Source: an uncultured Acidobacteriota bacterium (GTDB lineage: Bacteria > Acidobacteriota > DATKUA01). From it: a stretch of DNA of 64,000 nt. Within the stretch, counting starts at the first letter, position 1, and every line of letters begins with the position of its first letter. The position numbers and the translations under genes were made by a program. Positions 22,617 to 34,418 of the stretch are shown piece by piece. The stretch is from the NCBI GenBank assembly GCA_964408025.1, contig CAYOXX010000002.1:6105-70104 (forward strand). Direction: 5' to 3'. Under the pieces are notes generated by a model, which had not been told where the DNA came from, did no database searches, and saw only the letters and a list, made by a program, of their open reading frames with translations.

Positions 22617-23627
22617 TCAGAGGATGTGCTGTGCATACAGTTCGGAAATGCGATCGCTGATGCGTTCGCTGGCCCTGTGGTCGTAGAAGTCGGCAGCGAC
22701 TAGGATGGCGTTCTTGATCGCCTGGGGGTTGGAGCGGCCGTGGCAGATGATGCTCACTCCCTTGACGCCGAGCAGCAGCGCGCCGCCGTACTCCGTGTAG
22801 TCGAACTTCTGCTTCAGGCGCTTGAAAGACCTCCTCATCATCAGCGCGGCGACCTTGGTCACCCAGGTGCTCAGCAGCTCCTTCCTGAGCACAAAAAAGG
22901 CCAGCTCGGCGATGCTTTCGGCGGCCTTGAGGACGGCGTTGCCGGTGAAGCCGTCGGTGACGATGACGTCGCACTGGCCGTTGAAGAGGTCGCGGCCCTC
23001 GACCGGGCCGATGAAGTTGAGGCTGGTCCGCTCGAGCAGCGCCACCGTTTTTCGCACCAGCTCGTTGCCCTTGGTGGCCTCCTCGCCGTTGCTGAGCACC
23101 CCGACCCTGGGCCGCTTGATCTGCAGGATGTCCTCGGCGAAAATGTTGCCCATGATCGCGAACTGCACGAGGTTGCTGCTGCGGCAGGTAACGTTGGCGC
23201 CGACGTCGAGGAAGACGGCCGGCTTGCCGTGCGGCGTCGGCACGGTCAGGGCCAGCGCCGGGCGCTTGACCCCCGGCAGGCTGCCGACGACGATCTTGGT
23301 GATCGCCATCGCCGCGCCGGTGTGGCCGGCGGTGACGATGCCGTGCGCCTTGCCCTCGCGCACGAGCCGCGTGCAGACGCGAATCGAGGAGTCCCGTTTC
23401 GACCGCAGGGCGGTCAGAGTCGGCTCGTCCATGCGAATAACTTCGGAGGCGTGCACCACTTCGATCGGCAGGCCGTCGGCGTCGTGCTTCCCGAGCTCTT
23501 GGCGAACCGCATCCTCGTCGCCCACCAGGATGGTGTGAACTCCGGCATCGCGAGCCGCGGCTATCGAGCCCAGGACCGGATTAGCGGGAGCGTAGTCGCC
23601 CCCCATCGCGTCAACGGCTATGATCAT
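22617..23627 (-). CDS. plsX: Phosphate acyltransferase
   Basis: IAVDAMGGDYAP, DVGAN, DGFTGNAVLK, ICHGRS. Confidence 0.96.
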   Translation of the reverse strand: MIIAVDAMGGDYAPANPVLGSIAAARDAGVHTILVGDEDAVRQELGKHDADGLPIEVVHASEVIRMDEPTLTALRSKRDSSIRVCTRLVREGKAHGIVTAGHTGAAMAITKIVVGSLPGVKRPALALTVPTPHGKPAVFLDVGANVTCRSSNLVQFAIMGNIFAEDILQIKRPRVGVLSNGEEATKGNELVRKTVALLERTSLNFIGPVEGRDLFNGQCDVIVTDGFTGNAVLKAAESIAELAFFVLRKELLSTWVTKVAALMMRRSFKRLKQKFDYTEYGGALLLGVKGVSIICHGRSNPQAIKNAILVAADFYDHRASERISDRISELYAQHIL

Positions 23628-23676
23628 CTATTTTTACCTCCCCCGGATTATCTGCAGCCCCCCGCGGACCAGCGTA

Positions 23677-23859
23677 TCATTCTTCTTCCGTCTCCACCAC
23701 GACACGGCCCTTGTAGTAGCCGCAGCTCGGGCAGGCATGATGCGGGAGTTTCAACTCGTAGCAGTTGGGGCATAAGGAAAGGCCGGGCGCCTGCAGCCGG
23801 TCGTGGCTGCGCCGGCGGTCGCGGCGGCCCGTCGCGTTACGACGTCTGGGGTTTGGCAT
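23677..23859 (-). CDS. rpmF: 50S ribosomal protein L32 (zinc-ribbon type)
   Basis: Basic N-terminus, CPNC..PHHACPSCGYYKG; position before plsX. Confidence 0.95.
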   Translation of the reverse strand: MPNPRRRNATGRRDRRRSHDRLQAPGLSLCPNCYELKLPHHACPSCGYYKGRVVVETEEE

Positions 23860-23907
23860 TGCCCTTCTCTCTGCGCTCGGGCTGTCGCGGAATCGGCCTG
23901 TACCGCG

Positions 23908-24438
23908 TCACGCTCCGAACAGCTTTTTCTTGATCTCCTTGAGAACCAGCAGCCGATCGTCGACCCTACCGTCCGGGCAGTCGCAGGGCCCCTCGTTAAG
24001 ATCCCTGCCGCAGACCTGGCAGAGGCCTTTGCAGTCGTCGGAGCAGAGTATCTTCATCGGCAGCGCGAGCACCACCTGCTCGTCGATCACCTGGCGCAGG
24101 TCCAGCGTGTCCAGGTAGGAGGCCACGTTCATGTCCTTGTCGGCGAGTTCTACATCAACCTCACCGGCCGGCATCCGATCCCGGGGGATGAATACCAGGT
24201 CGATCTTCCGTTCCAGCGTGTGTTCGAAGGAGCGCAGGCAGCGATGGCAGGTGAGCGTCAGGCTCGCCCTAAAGGAGCCTTCGAGCTTGAAATCCCTATC
24301 CTTGCCGGTCAGAACCAGATCGATAGCAACCGGTTCGCGATAGCCGACACCATCCATCGGATGGCGCTCGCCGCCCATGGCGACGGCCTGCTCGAGCCGG
24401 ACGGTCTGGTTCAGTAACTTGTTGAGTTCAATAACCAT
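23908..24438 (-). CDS. yceD: DUF177/YceD family protein
   Basis: CHRCL and LCSDDCKGLCQVCG motifs; upstream of rpmF. Start MVIELN. Confidence 0.9.
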   Translation of the reverse strand: MVIELNKLLNQTVRLEQAVAMGGERHPMDGVGYREPVAIDLVLTGKDRDFKLEGSFRASLTLTCHRCLRSFEHTLERKIDLVFIPRDRMPAGEVDVELADKDMNVASYLDTLDLRQVIDEQVVLALPMKILCSDDCKGLCQVCGRDLNEGPCDCPDGRVDDRLLVLKEIKKKLFGA

Positions 24439-24464
24439 TTCAACCCGGCCCCAAAATGCGCGAC

Positions 24465-24494
24465 ACGGTAGCACGCGGGTTTTTTCATTGTCAA
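24465..24494 (-). promoter_or_regulatory. Sigma70-like promoter of the yceD-rpmF-fab-etf operon
   Basis: On the minus strand: TTGACA, 18-nt spacer ending TGC, TACCGT. Confidence 0.5.
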
Positions 24495-24713
24495 GAGTTG
24501 GCACTTTCGAGCGCCCTGCAACAACCGCACACAATAAAGCGGCCCTTCCTGGTATCGCCGGATCGCACCGAGTAAACCCGCTCGCTCTGGCCGTGAGCGT
24601 GTTCACCTGGAACGCCCTTGAATCGAATATCATTGGACTTCCGCCTGCGGCGTGGTCGCATCGCCGCCCCTCGCCCCTTTGCCACCCTTTTCACTTAATA
24701 GACAATTCGATAA

Positions 24714-26768
<2,055 letters not shown>

Positions 26769-26775
26769 TACCGCT

Positions 26776-27672
26776 TCAGGCGATCCGGTCCGCTTTCTTG
26801 GTCAGGGTAACCTCGTTGCCGGCGTCGTTATACCTCATCTCGTCGACGAAGAACAAGGAGAGGACGATGCCGCGCCCCGATTCGCTCAGCAGGTCGCCGG
26901 CGTCCGCCGAGGCCAGCACTCCGCGCCAGTCGAAGCCCTTGCCCTCGTCCGCAACTCTGAACTCCACGCCTTCGGGACTCAGTTCGTATGCGATCCTCAC
27001 CCTGCGTTCGGCAAACCTGGGATCGCTCCGCCTCCTGGCAATCAGACTTTCGAGGCGACCCAGTTCGCGCGCCCTCATTTTCTCATCGTAGCTGATCTCG
27101 AGGTTGCCGTGCTCGATCGCGTTCCCGATCATCTCCGCCAGAGCGGTCTCGATCCGCTCGACGGAGGTGAAGTCGAACAGCAGCGACAGCGAGCGCCCCA
27201 GATCGCGGACAACGGCCGGGATGAGCGACGGGTCGCTGGGGATCTCCAGCGTGCGCGACTCCTCGCGCAGAATCCCCTCGGTCACCAGATCGAGCTCCCG
27301 CGCCGCGGAGACGGCAACCAAGCCGATGAGAATGCGCTCCAGCTCGCCCAGGTCGATCGGCTTCTTGAGGTAGTTACTGGCGCCGGCTCGCAGGGCCTCG
27401 ACGGCCAGCGATTCGCTGCCGTGGCCGGTTACGATGACGACGCTGGTCTCTCCGCTGATCTTCTTGATCCGGCGCAGCAGCTCGAGGCCGTTCATCTCGG
27501 GCATGCGCACGTCGGTGACCACGATCTTGTAGCGCCGGCGCTCGAACTCGCGCAGTGCCTCTGCGCCGTTCCCCGCCGGTGTGACCTCGTATCCCTCCTC
27601 CGCCAGGAACTCGCAGAGCTCGGTCAGGGTTGCCGGCTCGTCGTCGACGACAAGGATGGACGTAGCGCTCAT
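26776..27672 (-). CDS. Response regulator with C-terminal RsbW/SpoIIAB-like HATPase domain
   Basis: REC (ILVVDDE, TDVRMP, YLKKP); EMIGNAIEHGN, DEGKGF, GRGI. Start MSATSI overlaps the upstream stop. Confidence 0.85.
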   Translation of the reverse strand: MSATSILVVDDEPATLTELCEFLAEEGYEVTPAGNGAEALREFERRRYKIVVTDVRMPEMNGLELLRRIKKISGETSVVIVTGHGSESLAVEALRAGASNYLKKPIDLGELERILIGLVAVSAARELDLVTEGILREESRTLEIPSDPSLIPAVVRDLGRSLSLLFDFTSVERIETALAEMIGNAIEHGNLEISYDEKMRARELGRLESLIARRRSDPRFAERRVRIAYELSPEGVEFRVADEGKGFDWRGVLASADAGDLLSESGRGIVLSLFFVDEMRYNDAGNEVTLTKKADRIA

Positions 27673-29243
27673 CTCGAGGCTCTTTCGTCCTGCGACGGCG
27701 TCTCGTCGGCTACCGGCAGCTTGATGCGGAAAATAGTGCCTTCCATCTCCGCGCTGGAGCACTCGATGCCGCCGCCCATGTCGCGCAGGATGCTGTAACT
27801 TATCGAGAGCCCCAGCCCGGTTCCCGAGCCCACCTCCTTGGTGGTGAAGAACGGCTCGAAGATCCTCTCCAGAACCTCCGGGGGCATGCCGCAGCCGTTG
27901 TCGCTGAACTCCACGACCACAAAGTCGCCCTCCGGATGGCGGGCGCGAATCTCGAGACGCTTACGATACGAGACGTCGGTTTCGCCCAGCCTCTCCTCCT
28001 TGAAATCGAGGGCGTCTCGAGCATTGGCCATGAGGTTGATGAAGACCTGCTCGAGCCGCGTCAGCTCCGTCCGCACTGGCGGCAGGTCGGGGGGGAAGTC
28101 GGCTACCAGCTCGATACCTTGCAGGCGGACCTGCTCGCCCAGCAGTGTCAGAACACCGTCCAGGGCCTCTTTAAGCTGGACGGCGCTGGTCCTGACGCCG
28201 TTCTTGCGCCCGAAGCCGCGCAGGTGGTCGATAATCAGCGTCGCCCGATTGAGCTGGTCCCTGATCAGAAACAGCTTGTCGCGAAAGAACTTCTTGTCCA
28301 GCTTGCGAGTGAACAACCGCTTGTTCAGCCGTTGGGTCACGATCTTGATAGTGTTGAGCGGCTGGCTTAGTTCGTGGGCGATCCCGGTGGCCATTTCGCC
28401 AAGCGTGGCGAGCTTGCCCGCCTGGATCAGCTCCATCTGCTTCTGCTCCAACTCGCTCTCCATCCGCTTGCGCTCGCTGATGTCGCGCATGACGACCACG
28501 TACTGGAAGCCGGAAGCCTCCTCAGCCGATGAGAAACTGATTTCCAGAGGGACACGCCTTCCGTCGGCCGCGACCACCTCAAAATTTATTGTGCGGCCAA
28601 CCAGCAGATCAAGTTCCGGCCCGCTGCCCAGGGCCTCGTTAAGCTCGCCCTTGCGCGCCAACACAGCCGCCATGTCCAGCCCGATCGCATCTTGCCGGGG
28701 GATGCCTAATATCCTTTCGATGGCGGAGTTGGCGAAGGTAATCTTCCCGGTCGAGTCAAGCCCGATGATCGCCTCGAAGGTGCTCTCCGTCAGCACGCGG
28801 TAGCGCTTCTCCGAAAGCTCCAGTTGATGCTGCAGCTCTTCCCGCTCATCCCGGCTGCGCTTCTGGGCTACGGCGTTGCGGATGGCGTTGGCCAGCCGTG
28901 CGATGTGGGCCGAGCTGATGTCCTTGACGAAGTAATCCACAACGCCTATACGGAAAGCCTCAGCGGCCACCTCCTCACTCCCCCAGCCGGTCATGAAGAT
29001 CACCGGGACGCGCCAGCCGGCTTCCTTGATCCGCTTCAGCAGCCTTAATCCGTCCAGGCCGGCGGAGAGCTCATAGTCGGCCAGGACGAGGTCGATTCCG
29101 CCCTCGCCTAGGATGCGTAGGCAGTCGTCTGCACGGGCAACCCACTGGATGGAAATCGAGCTGTCCTCCCGCCGAAGCTGGCGGGAGACGACGTCGAAAT
29201 CGAACTCCGAGTCGTCCACCATCAGCACGTGAATTTCGGACAT
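27669..29243 (-). CDS. Hybrid sensor histidine kinase (REC-PAS-HisKA-HATPase)
   Basis: N-terminal REC, PAS (FANSA..RDISERK), AHELSQPL, NARDA, DNGCG, FFTTK, GTGLGL. Confidence 0.92.
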   Translation of the reverse strand: MSEIHVLMVDDSEFDFDVVSRQLRREDSSISIQWVARADDCLRILGEGGIDLVLADYELSAGLDGLRLLKRIKEAGWRVPVIFMTGWGSEEVAAEAFRIGVVDYFVKDISSAHIARLANAIRNAVAQKRSRDEREELQHQLELSEKRYRVLTESTFEAIIGLDSTGKITFANSAIERILGIPRQDAIGLDMAAVLARKGELNEALGSGPELDLLVGRTINFEVVAADGRRVPLEISFSSAEEASGFQYVVVMRDISERKRMESELEQKQMELIQAGKLATLGEMATGIAHELSQPLNTIKIVTQRLNKRLFTRKLDKKFFRDKLFLIRDQLNRATLIIDHLRGFGRKNGVRTSAVQLKEALDGVLTLLGEQVRLQGIELVADFPPDLPPVRTELTRLEQVFINLMANARDALDFKEERLGETDVSYRKRLEIRARHPEGDFVVVEFSDNGCGMPPEVLERIFEPFFTTKEVGSGTGLGLSISYSILRDMGGGIECSSAEMEGTIFRIKLPVADETPSQDERASR

Positions 29244-29408
29244 CCCCCTGCGACCGAAACGACATTAATAAACGAATTTTACCACTTGCGCGTTTCTTGC
29301 TCAACGTTGGACCCACCACCGCTTCGCGCTCAAACTGCCGGATTTATCTAAACCGCAGCCACAACAGATCACAGATCAATATTCCAACGATCATACGCCC
29401 TTAAATTG

Positions 29409-29437
29409 TTGACACAAAAAAGACCGGGTGCTATAAG
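29409..29437 (+). promoter_or_regulatory. Sigma70-like promoter of metG
   Basis: TTGACA, 17-nt spacer with extended TG, TATAAG. Confidence 0.6.
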
Positions 29438-29473
29438 CGAAGCCGTTCCTGGGAAGGGCGAGCGAGCACACCG

Positions 29474-31009
29474 ATGACCAAGCGATTCTACATCACAACT
29501 GCAATCGATTTCGTCAACGCAACCCCACACATAGGCCACGCCTACGAGAAGATCTGTGCCGACGTCATCGCCCGGGCGATGCGTCTGCGCGACTACAGCG
29601 TGATCTTCCAGATGGGCACCGACGAGCACAGCACAAACGTGGCCCGCAAAGCGGCCGAAGCGGGGATTGAACCGCTGGCCTTCTGCGACGAGATGGTCGA
29701 GAAATTCCTCGCCGTGTGGGAAAAGCTGAACCTCAGCTACGACGTCTTCATCCGCACCACCAGCGAGCGACACTCCAACACGGTTCGCGACCTGCTGCGG
29801 CGCGTCCACGAGAACGGCGACATCTACCAGGGCAAGTACAAGGGGTACTACTGCCAAAGCTGCGAGCGCTTCTACCAGGAGAAAGACCTTGTCGGCAAAG
29901 CCGACGGCTTCTATTGCCGGGTTCACGAAATCGAGTGCGAGTGGCTGGAGGAGGACAACTATTTCTTCCGCCTCAGCCGCTACCGGGATGCGCTTCTGGC
30001 GCACATCGAGGCGAACCCCAGCTTCATCCTGCCCGACAATCGCCGAAACGAGATAGTCAACGTCCTGAAGGAAGGGCTGGAGGACGTCTCGATCTCCCGC
30101 TCCGGGATCACCTGGGGCGTGCGCCTGCCCTGGGACGAGGAGGCCGTCACCTACGTCTGGTTCGACGCCCTGATCAACTACGTCTCCGCCATCGGCTACA
30201 GCGACGACCGGACGACCTACAACCACTTCTGGCCGGCGCAGCTGCAGGTCATCGGCAAGGACATCTCCCGCTTCCACTGCATCTACTGGCCGGCGATGCT
30301 GATGAGCGCCGGCCTTCCCCTGCCCGAGTCGATCTTCGCCCACGGCTTCGTCACCTACGGCGGCCAGAAGCTGAGCAAGACCTCGGGCCACGTAGTCGAG
30401 CCGCTCGAGATAGTCGACCGCTTCGGGGCCGACGCGCTCCGCTACTTTTTGGTGCGCGACGTGCCCTGGGGCAGGGACGGCGACTTCACCTACGAGCGTT
30501 TCGTCGAGCGCTACAACGCCGACCTGGCCAACAACCTCGGCAACCTGGTCAGCCGCAGCCTGACGATGATCCTCAAGTACGCCGGCGGCGTCATCAAGCT
30601 GCCCGAACACCCGGCCGGCGACCGGAACAACGTCTTCGACGTAGGGCTCCTGGAGCGCTACCTCGAGAGCTTCGAGGCCTGGCGTCTGCACGACATGGCC
30701 GCGACCACAATCGAGATGGTAGACGGCGTCAACCTCTACATCGACCGCGTCAAGCCCTGGGTCCTGGCCAAGAACGCCGAGGCGGCGACGCGCCTGCAGG
30801 TGGTGCTCTACAACCTGGCCGAGGCGCTGCGCTGGATCGCGGTCTGCGCCTTCCCGTTCATCCCCGAAGGAGCCGCCAAGATCTGGAAGCAGCTTAACCT
30901 TCCGGGAAAGGTCGCCGACGCCCGCTTCCGCGACCTGCGCTGGGGCGGCTTCCCGTGCGGAGTGGCCGTTGGCGAGACGAGGCCGATCTTCCCCCGCATC
31001 GAAAAATAA
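29474..31009 (+). CDS. metG: Methionyl-tRNA synthetase (short form, no C-terminal tRNA-binding domain)
   Basis: FYITTAI, HIGH, GTDEH, YVWFDAL, FHCIYWPA, KLSKT (KMSKS variant). Confidence 0.96.
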   Translation: MTKRFYITTAIDFVNATPHIGHAYEKICADVIARAMRLRDYSVIFQMGTDEHSTNVARKAAEAGIEPLAFCDEMVEKFLAVWEKLNLSYDVFIRTTSERHSNTVRDLLRRVHENGDIYQGKYKGYYCQSCERFYQEKDLVGKADGFYCRVHEIECEWLEEDNYFFRLSRYRDALLAHIEANPSFILPDNRRNEIVNVLKEGLEDVSISRSGITWGVRLPWDEEAVTYVWFDALINYVSAIGYSDDRTTYNHFWPAQLQVIGKDISRFHCIYWPAMLMSAGLPLPESIFAHGFVTYGGQKLSKTSGHVVEPLEIVDRFGADALRYFLVRDVPWGRDGDFTYERFVERYNADLANNLGNLVSRSLTMILKYAGGVIKLPEHPAGDRNNVFDVGLLERYLESFEAWRLHDMAATTIEMVDGVNLYIDRVKPWVLAKNAEAATRLQVVLYNLAEALRWIAVCAFPFIPEGAAKIWKQLNLPGKVADARFRDLRWGGFPCGVAVGETRPIFPRIEK

Positions 31010-31143
31010 TTGGGACAGACAACCGTCTTGGAATAATACATCTTACTCATAATATTGCACTTACGAATTAGCGGGTGGCTGTCCCTGTTTTCTGCGCTTG
31101 TCGTTCGCTCCGGCCACCGCTACAATCGCAACCGAGGTATCAA

Positions 31144-31806
31144 ATGAAAAAGGTCACGATAGAACGCCGCATCCTAAACGAGAACGACCTGCTCGCCGCG
31201 CAGCTGCGCAGCCGCTTCGCCGCCGCGGGAGTCCTCTGCCTCAACCTTGTAAGCTCACCCGGCAGCGGCAAGACGTCGCTGCTGGAGCGGACCCTCGAGC
31301 GGATAGCCGACAAGTTGCCGCTGGGCGTCATCGAGGGCGACGTGCAGACCGACAACGACGCCCGCCGCCTGGCGCGCTTCGACGTCCCGATCCACCAGAT
31401 CCAGACCGGCGGCGCCTGCCACCTCGATGCCCGCATGATCAACCGCGCCCTGGAGCAGCGCTTCGACCTGAGCGACCTCAAGCTGCTGTTCATAGAGAAC
31501 GTCGGCAACCTGGTCTGCCCCTCAAGTTACGACTTGGGTGAGGATATGAAGGTGGTGCTGGTCTCAACCACCGAAGGGGACGACAAGCCGCAGAAGTACC
31601 CCGCCATGTTCGCCCGCTCCGGCGCCATGATAATCAACAAGATCGACCTGCTGCCACACGTTGACTTCGACATCGACACCGCGATCGCCCACGCCAGGGT
31701 GCTGAGCCCGGATATCCGGGCCTTCCGGCTCTCCTGTAAGACAAGCGAGGGTCTGGATGCCTGGTGCGATTGGCTGCTCGAGGCGGCCCGCGGCAAAAGT
31801 GCCTGA
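31144..31806 (+). CDS. hypB: Hydrogenase nickel incorporation GTPase
   Basis: SSPGSGKT, TGGACHLDA, ENVGNLVCP, NKIDL. Start MKKVTI. Confidence 0.95.
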   Translation: MKKVTIERRILNENDLLAAQLRSRFAAAGVLCLNLVSSPGSGKTSLLERTLERIADKLPLGVIEGDVQTDNDARRLARFDVPIHQIQTGGACHLDARMINRALEQRFDLSDLKLLFIENVGNLVCPSSYDLGEDMKVVLVSTTEGDDKPQKYPAMFARSGAMIINKIDLLPHVDFDIDTAIAHARVLSPDIRAFRLSCKTSEGLDAWCDWLLEAARGKSA

Positions 31807-34090
31807 GGCGCGCCTGATCCGGGTCCGCGGCATCGTCCAGGGTGTCGGCTTCCGACCATTCATCTACCGACTGGCCGGCGATTGTCGCATTGCCGGGAGG
31901 GTTCTGAACACCTCCTCCGGAGTGACTATCGAGGCAGAGGGCAAGCACGCAGATCTGGATCGCTTCCAGCGGGCCATCGCATCGGACTACCCTCCCCTGG
32001 CGGTGATCACCGAGATCACGGTAGAGCCTGCGCAGGCAAACCGCTTCGACAGCTTCCGGATCGAGCCCAGCGATACCGACGAGTCGGTCGACACGCTCAT
32101 CAGTCCCGATATCGCCGTCTGCGGCGACTGCCTGCGCGAGATGTTCGATCCCGCCGACCGCCGCCACCGCTACCCCTTTATCAATTGCACCAACTGCGGC
32201 CCCCGCTACACCATCATCTCCGGGCTGCCCTACGACCGCCCGTCTACCACAATGGCCCCGTTCGAGATGTGTACGGATTGCCAACGCGAGTACGACGACC
32301 CGACCGACCGCCGTTTCCACGCCCAGCCGAACGCCTGCCCCGTCTGCGGCCCGGTGCTCGAGCTGACGGACCGCGACGGCTCGCCGCTAGAGGGCGACCC
32401 GCTCGAGGGCGCCATCGAGGCCCTGCGCCGCGGCCTCATCGTCGCCGTCAAGGGCCTCGGCGGCTTCCACCTCGCCTGCTACGCCGCAGACGACGCGGCC
32501 GTCCGCCGGCTGCGCGACCGCAAGGGGCGCGTGGGAAAACCGTTCGCCGTGATGGCTTTCGACCTGGAGCGTGCCGAGACCTTCGCAACAGTCGGAGGGG
32601 AAGACGCCGCGCTGCTGTCCTCGCCACGCCGCCCGATTGTCCTGCTGCCGAAGCTTCCCGGCTCTCCGATCTCCGAGGCGGTGGCACCGGGCGTCAACAC
32701 CTTCGGCGTCATGCTCCCCTACACGCCGCTGCACTACCTGCTGCTCGAGCCGTTCGCGCACGCGCTGGTGATGACCTCGGGTAACGTTGCCGAGGAGCCG
32801 ATCGCCATCGGCAACGACGAGGCCCTCGAAAGGCTCGCGAGCCTGGCCGACATCTTCCTGCTGAACAACCGCGACATACTGCTGCGCGGCGACGACTCGG
32901 TTATGCGGCGCATGGACGGCGCCCCGCGCCACCTGCGTCGCTCACGGGGGTTCGCGCCGCAGCCGGTCTTCCTGCCCGCGCCCGTGCGCCAAGTGCTGGC
33001 CGTCGGCCCCGAGCTGAAGAACACCATCTGCTACACGCGCGGCGACCGAGCATTCGTCAGCCAGCACATCGGCGACATGGAGAACCTCGAGGCCTTCGGC
33101 TTCTTCGAGGAGGTAATCGAGCACCTGCGGAAGATCTTCAACCTGGAGCCGGAGCTGGTAGCCCACGACCTGCACCCCGACTACCTCTCCACGCGCTGGG
33201 CGCAAGCGCAGAGCGAGCTGCCAACCGTCGCCGTCCAGCACCACCGTGCTCACGTGGCTGCTTGCTTGGCCGACGCGGGCTCGCTTGAGCCGTGCATCGG
33301 CATCGCCCTGGACGGCACCGGATACGGCGACGACGGCGCCATCTGGGGCGGCGAGGTGTTCGTCGGCCGCCACGACGACCTGCGCCGAGCCGCCCATATC
33401 GCCTACGCGCCGCTGCCAGGCGGCGACGCGGCGACCAAGGAGCCGTGGCGCTGCGCCGTGGCCCACCTCAGTCTGGCCTTCGACGAGCTGCCCGACCTGC
33501 CGTTCCTTGATGCGGTCGACCGCAACTCGCTGGAAACAGTGTTGCGGATGATCGAGGGCGAAGTGAACACATTTCCGACTTCGAGCACCGGACGGCTGTT
33601 CGACGCCGTGGCGGCGATAGCCGGTGTGCGCAACAGGATCAGCTACGAAGCCCAGGCCGCCATCGAGCTCGAGGCCGCTGCCGATCCCGACTGCGCAGAC
33701 AGCTACCCGTTCGCCATCGACCGCTCCTCGGAGCCCTGGCTGCTGCGCACCGAGCCCACGATCCGTGCCGCCGCCGAGGACGCACTGCGGGCCACGTCGG
33801 CGGCGACGATCAGCGCGCGCTTCCACAACGCCCTCGTCGAGCTCTTCGCGCAGGTATGCCACGGCCTGAGGACTGACACCGGGATCGACAGTGTCGCGCT
33901 GAGCGGAGGCGTGTTCCAGAACAAACTACTATTCGAGCGCCTCGCTTCGAGGCTCCGCGACGAAGACTTCGCCGTATTGACTCACCAACAGGTGCCGACC
34001 AACGACGGCGGCGTCAGCCTTGGCCAAGCCCTCATCGCCGCCAGCCGTCTCGAAGAGTCGGCGGGCGATAACGCCCGCCCCGCGACATGA
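31799..34090 (+). CDS. hypF: Carbamoyltransferase HypF
   Basis: GIVQGVGFRP, zinc fingers CTNCGPR and CPVCGP, KGLGGFH, HDLHPDY, QHH, NDGG. Confidence 0.96.
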   Translation: MPEARLIRVRGIVQGVGFRPFIYRLAGDCRIAGRVLNTSSGVTIEAEGKHADLDRFQRAIASDYPPLAVITEITVEPAQANRFDSFRIEPSDTDESVDTLISPDIAVCGDCLREMFDPADRRHRYPFINCTNCGPRYTIISGLPYDRPSTTMAPFEMCTDCQREYDDPTDRRFHAQPNACPVCGPVLELTDRDGSPLEGDPLEGAIEALRRGLIVAVKGLGGFHLACYAADDAAVRRLRDRKGRVGKPFAVMAFDLERAETFATVGGEDAALLSSPRRPIVLLPKLPGSPISEAVAPGVNTFGVMLPYTPLHYLLLEPFAHALVMTSGNVAEEPIAIGNDEALERLASLADIFLLNNRDILLRGDDSVMRRMDGAPRHLRRSRGFAPQPVFLPAPVRQVLAVGPELKNTICYTRGDRAFVSQHIGDMENLEAFGFFEEVIEHLRKIFNLEPELVAHDLHPDYLSTRWAQAQSELPTVAVQHHRAHVAACLADAGSLEPCIGIALDGTGYGDDGAIWGGEVFVGRHDDLRRAAHIAYAPLPGGDAATKEPWRCAVAHLSLAFDELPDLPFLDAVDRNSLETVLRMIEGEVNTFPTSSTGRLFDAVAAIAGVRNRISYEAQAAIELEAAADPDCADSYPFAIDRSSEPWLLRTEPTIRAAAEDALRATSAATISARFHNALVELFAQVCHGLRTDTGIDSVALSGGVFQNKLLFERLASRLRDEDFAVLTHQQVPTNDGGVSLGQALIAASRLEESAGDNARPAT

Positions 34091-34172
34091 TCCTATCTCG
34101 GTCGGATATCCTTGGAACTCTTGCGCCGATGCCCTAAACTAGCGAACCGTCGATAACGAAAGGTATCGAGTC

Positions 34173-34418
34173 ATGTGCGTTGCCGTGCCGATGAAGCTTA
34201 CCAGCCTGGACGGCCACAACGGCGTCGCAGAGACGGGCGGCGTCAAGTTGTCAATAAACACCATGCTGCTGCCCGACGCCAAGCCTGGTGATTACGTAAT
34301 CGTACACGCCGGCTTCGCCATCCAGCACCTGGACGTCGAGGAGGCGGAGCGGACGCTGGAGCTGATCCGCGAGCTGGCCGAACATGAAGGAGACAAAGAG
34401 GACACGGAGAGCGGATGA
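34173..34418 (+). CDS. hypC: Hydrogenase assembly chaperone
   Basis: MCVAVP, GDYVIVHAGFAI. Confidence 0.96.
   Translation: MCVAVPMKLTSLDGHNGVAETGGVKLSINTMLLPDAKPGDYVIVHAGFAIQHLDVEEAERTLELIRELAEHEGDKEDTESG

Noticed and set aside
30367-30383. MetRS KLSKT instead of KMSKS
   Set aside because: A conservative variant with the key second Lys retained.
31010-31143. NikR or Rex operator in the AT-rich stretch before hypB
   Set aside because: No convincing inverted repeat matching either consensus.
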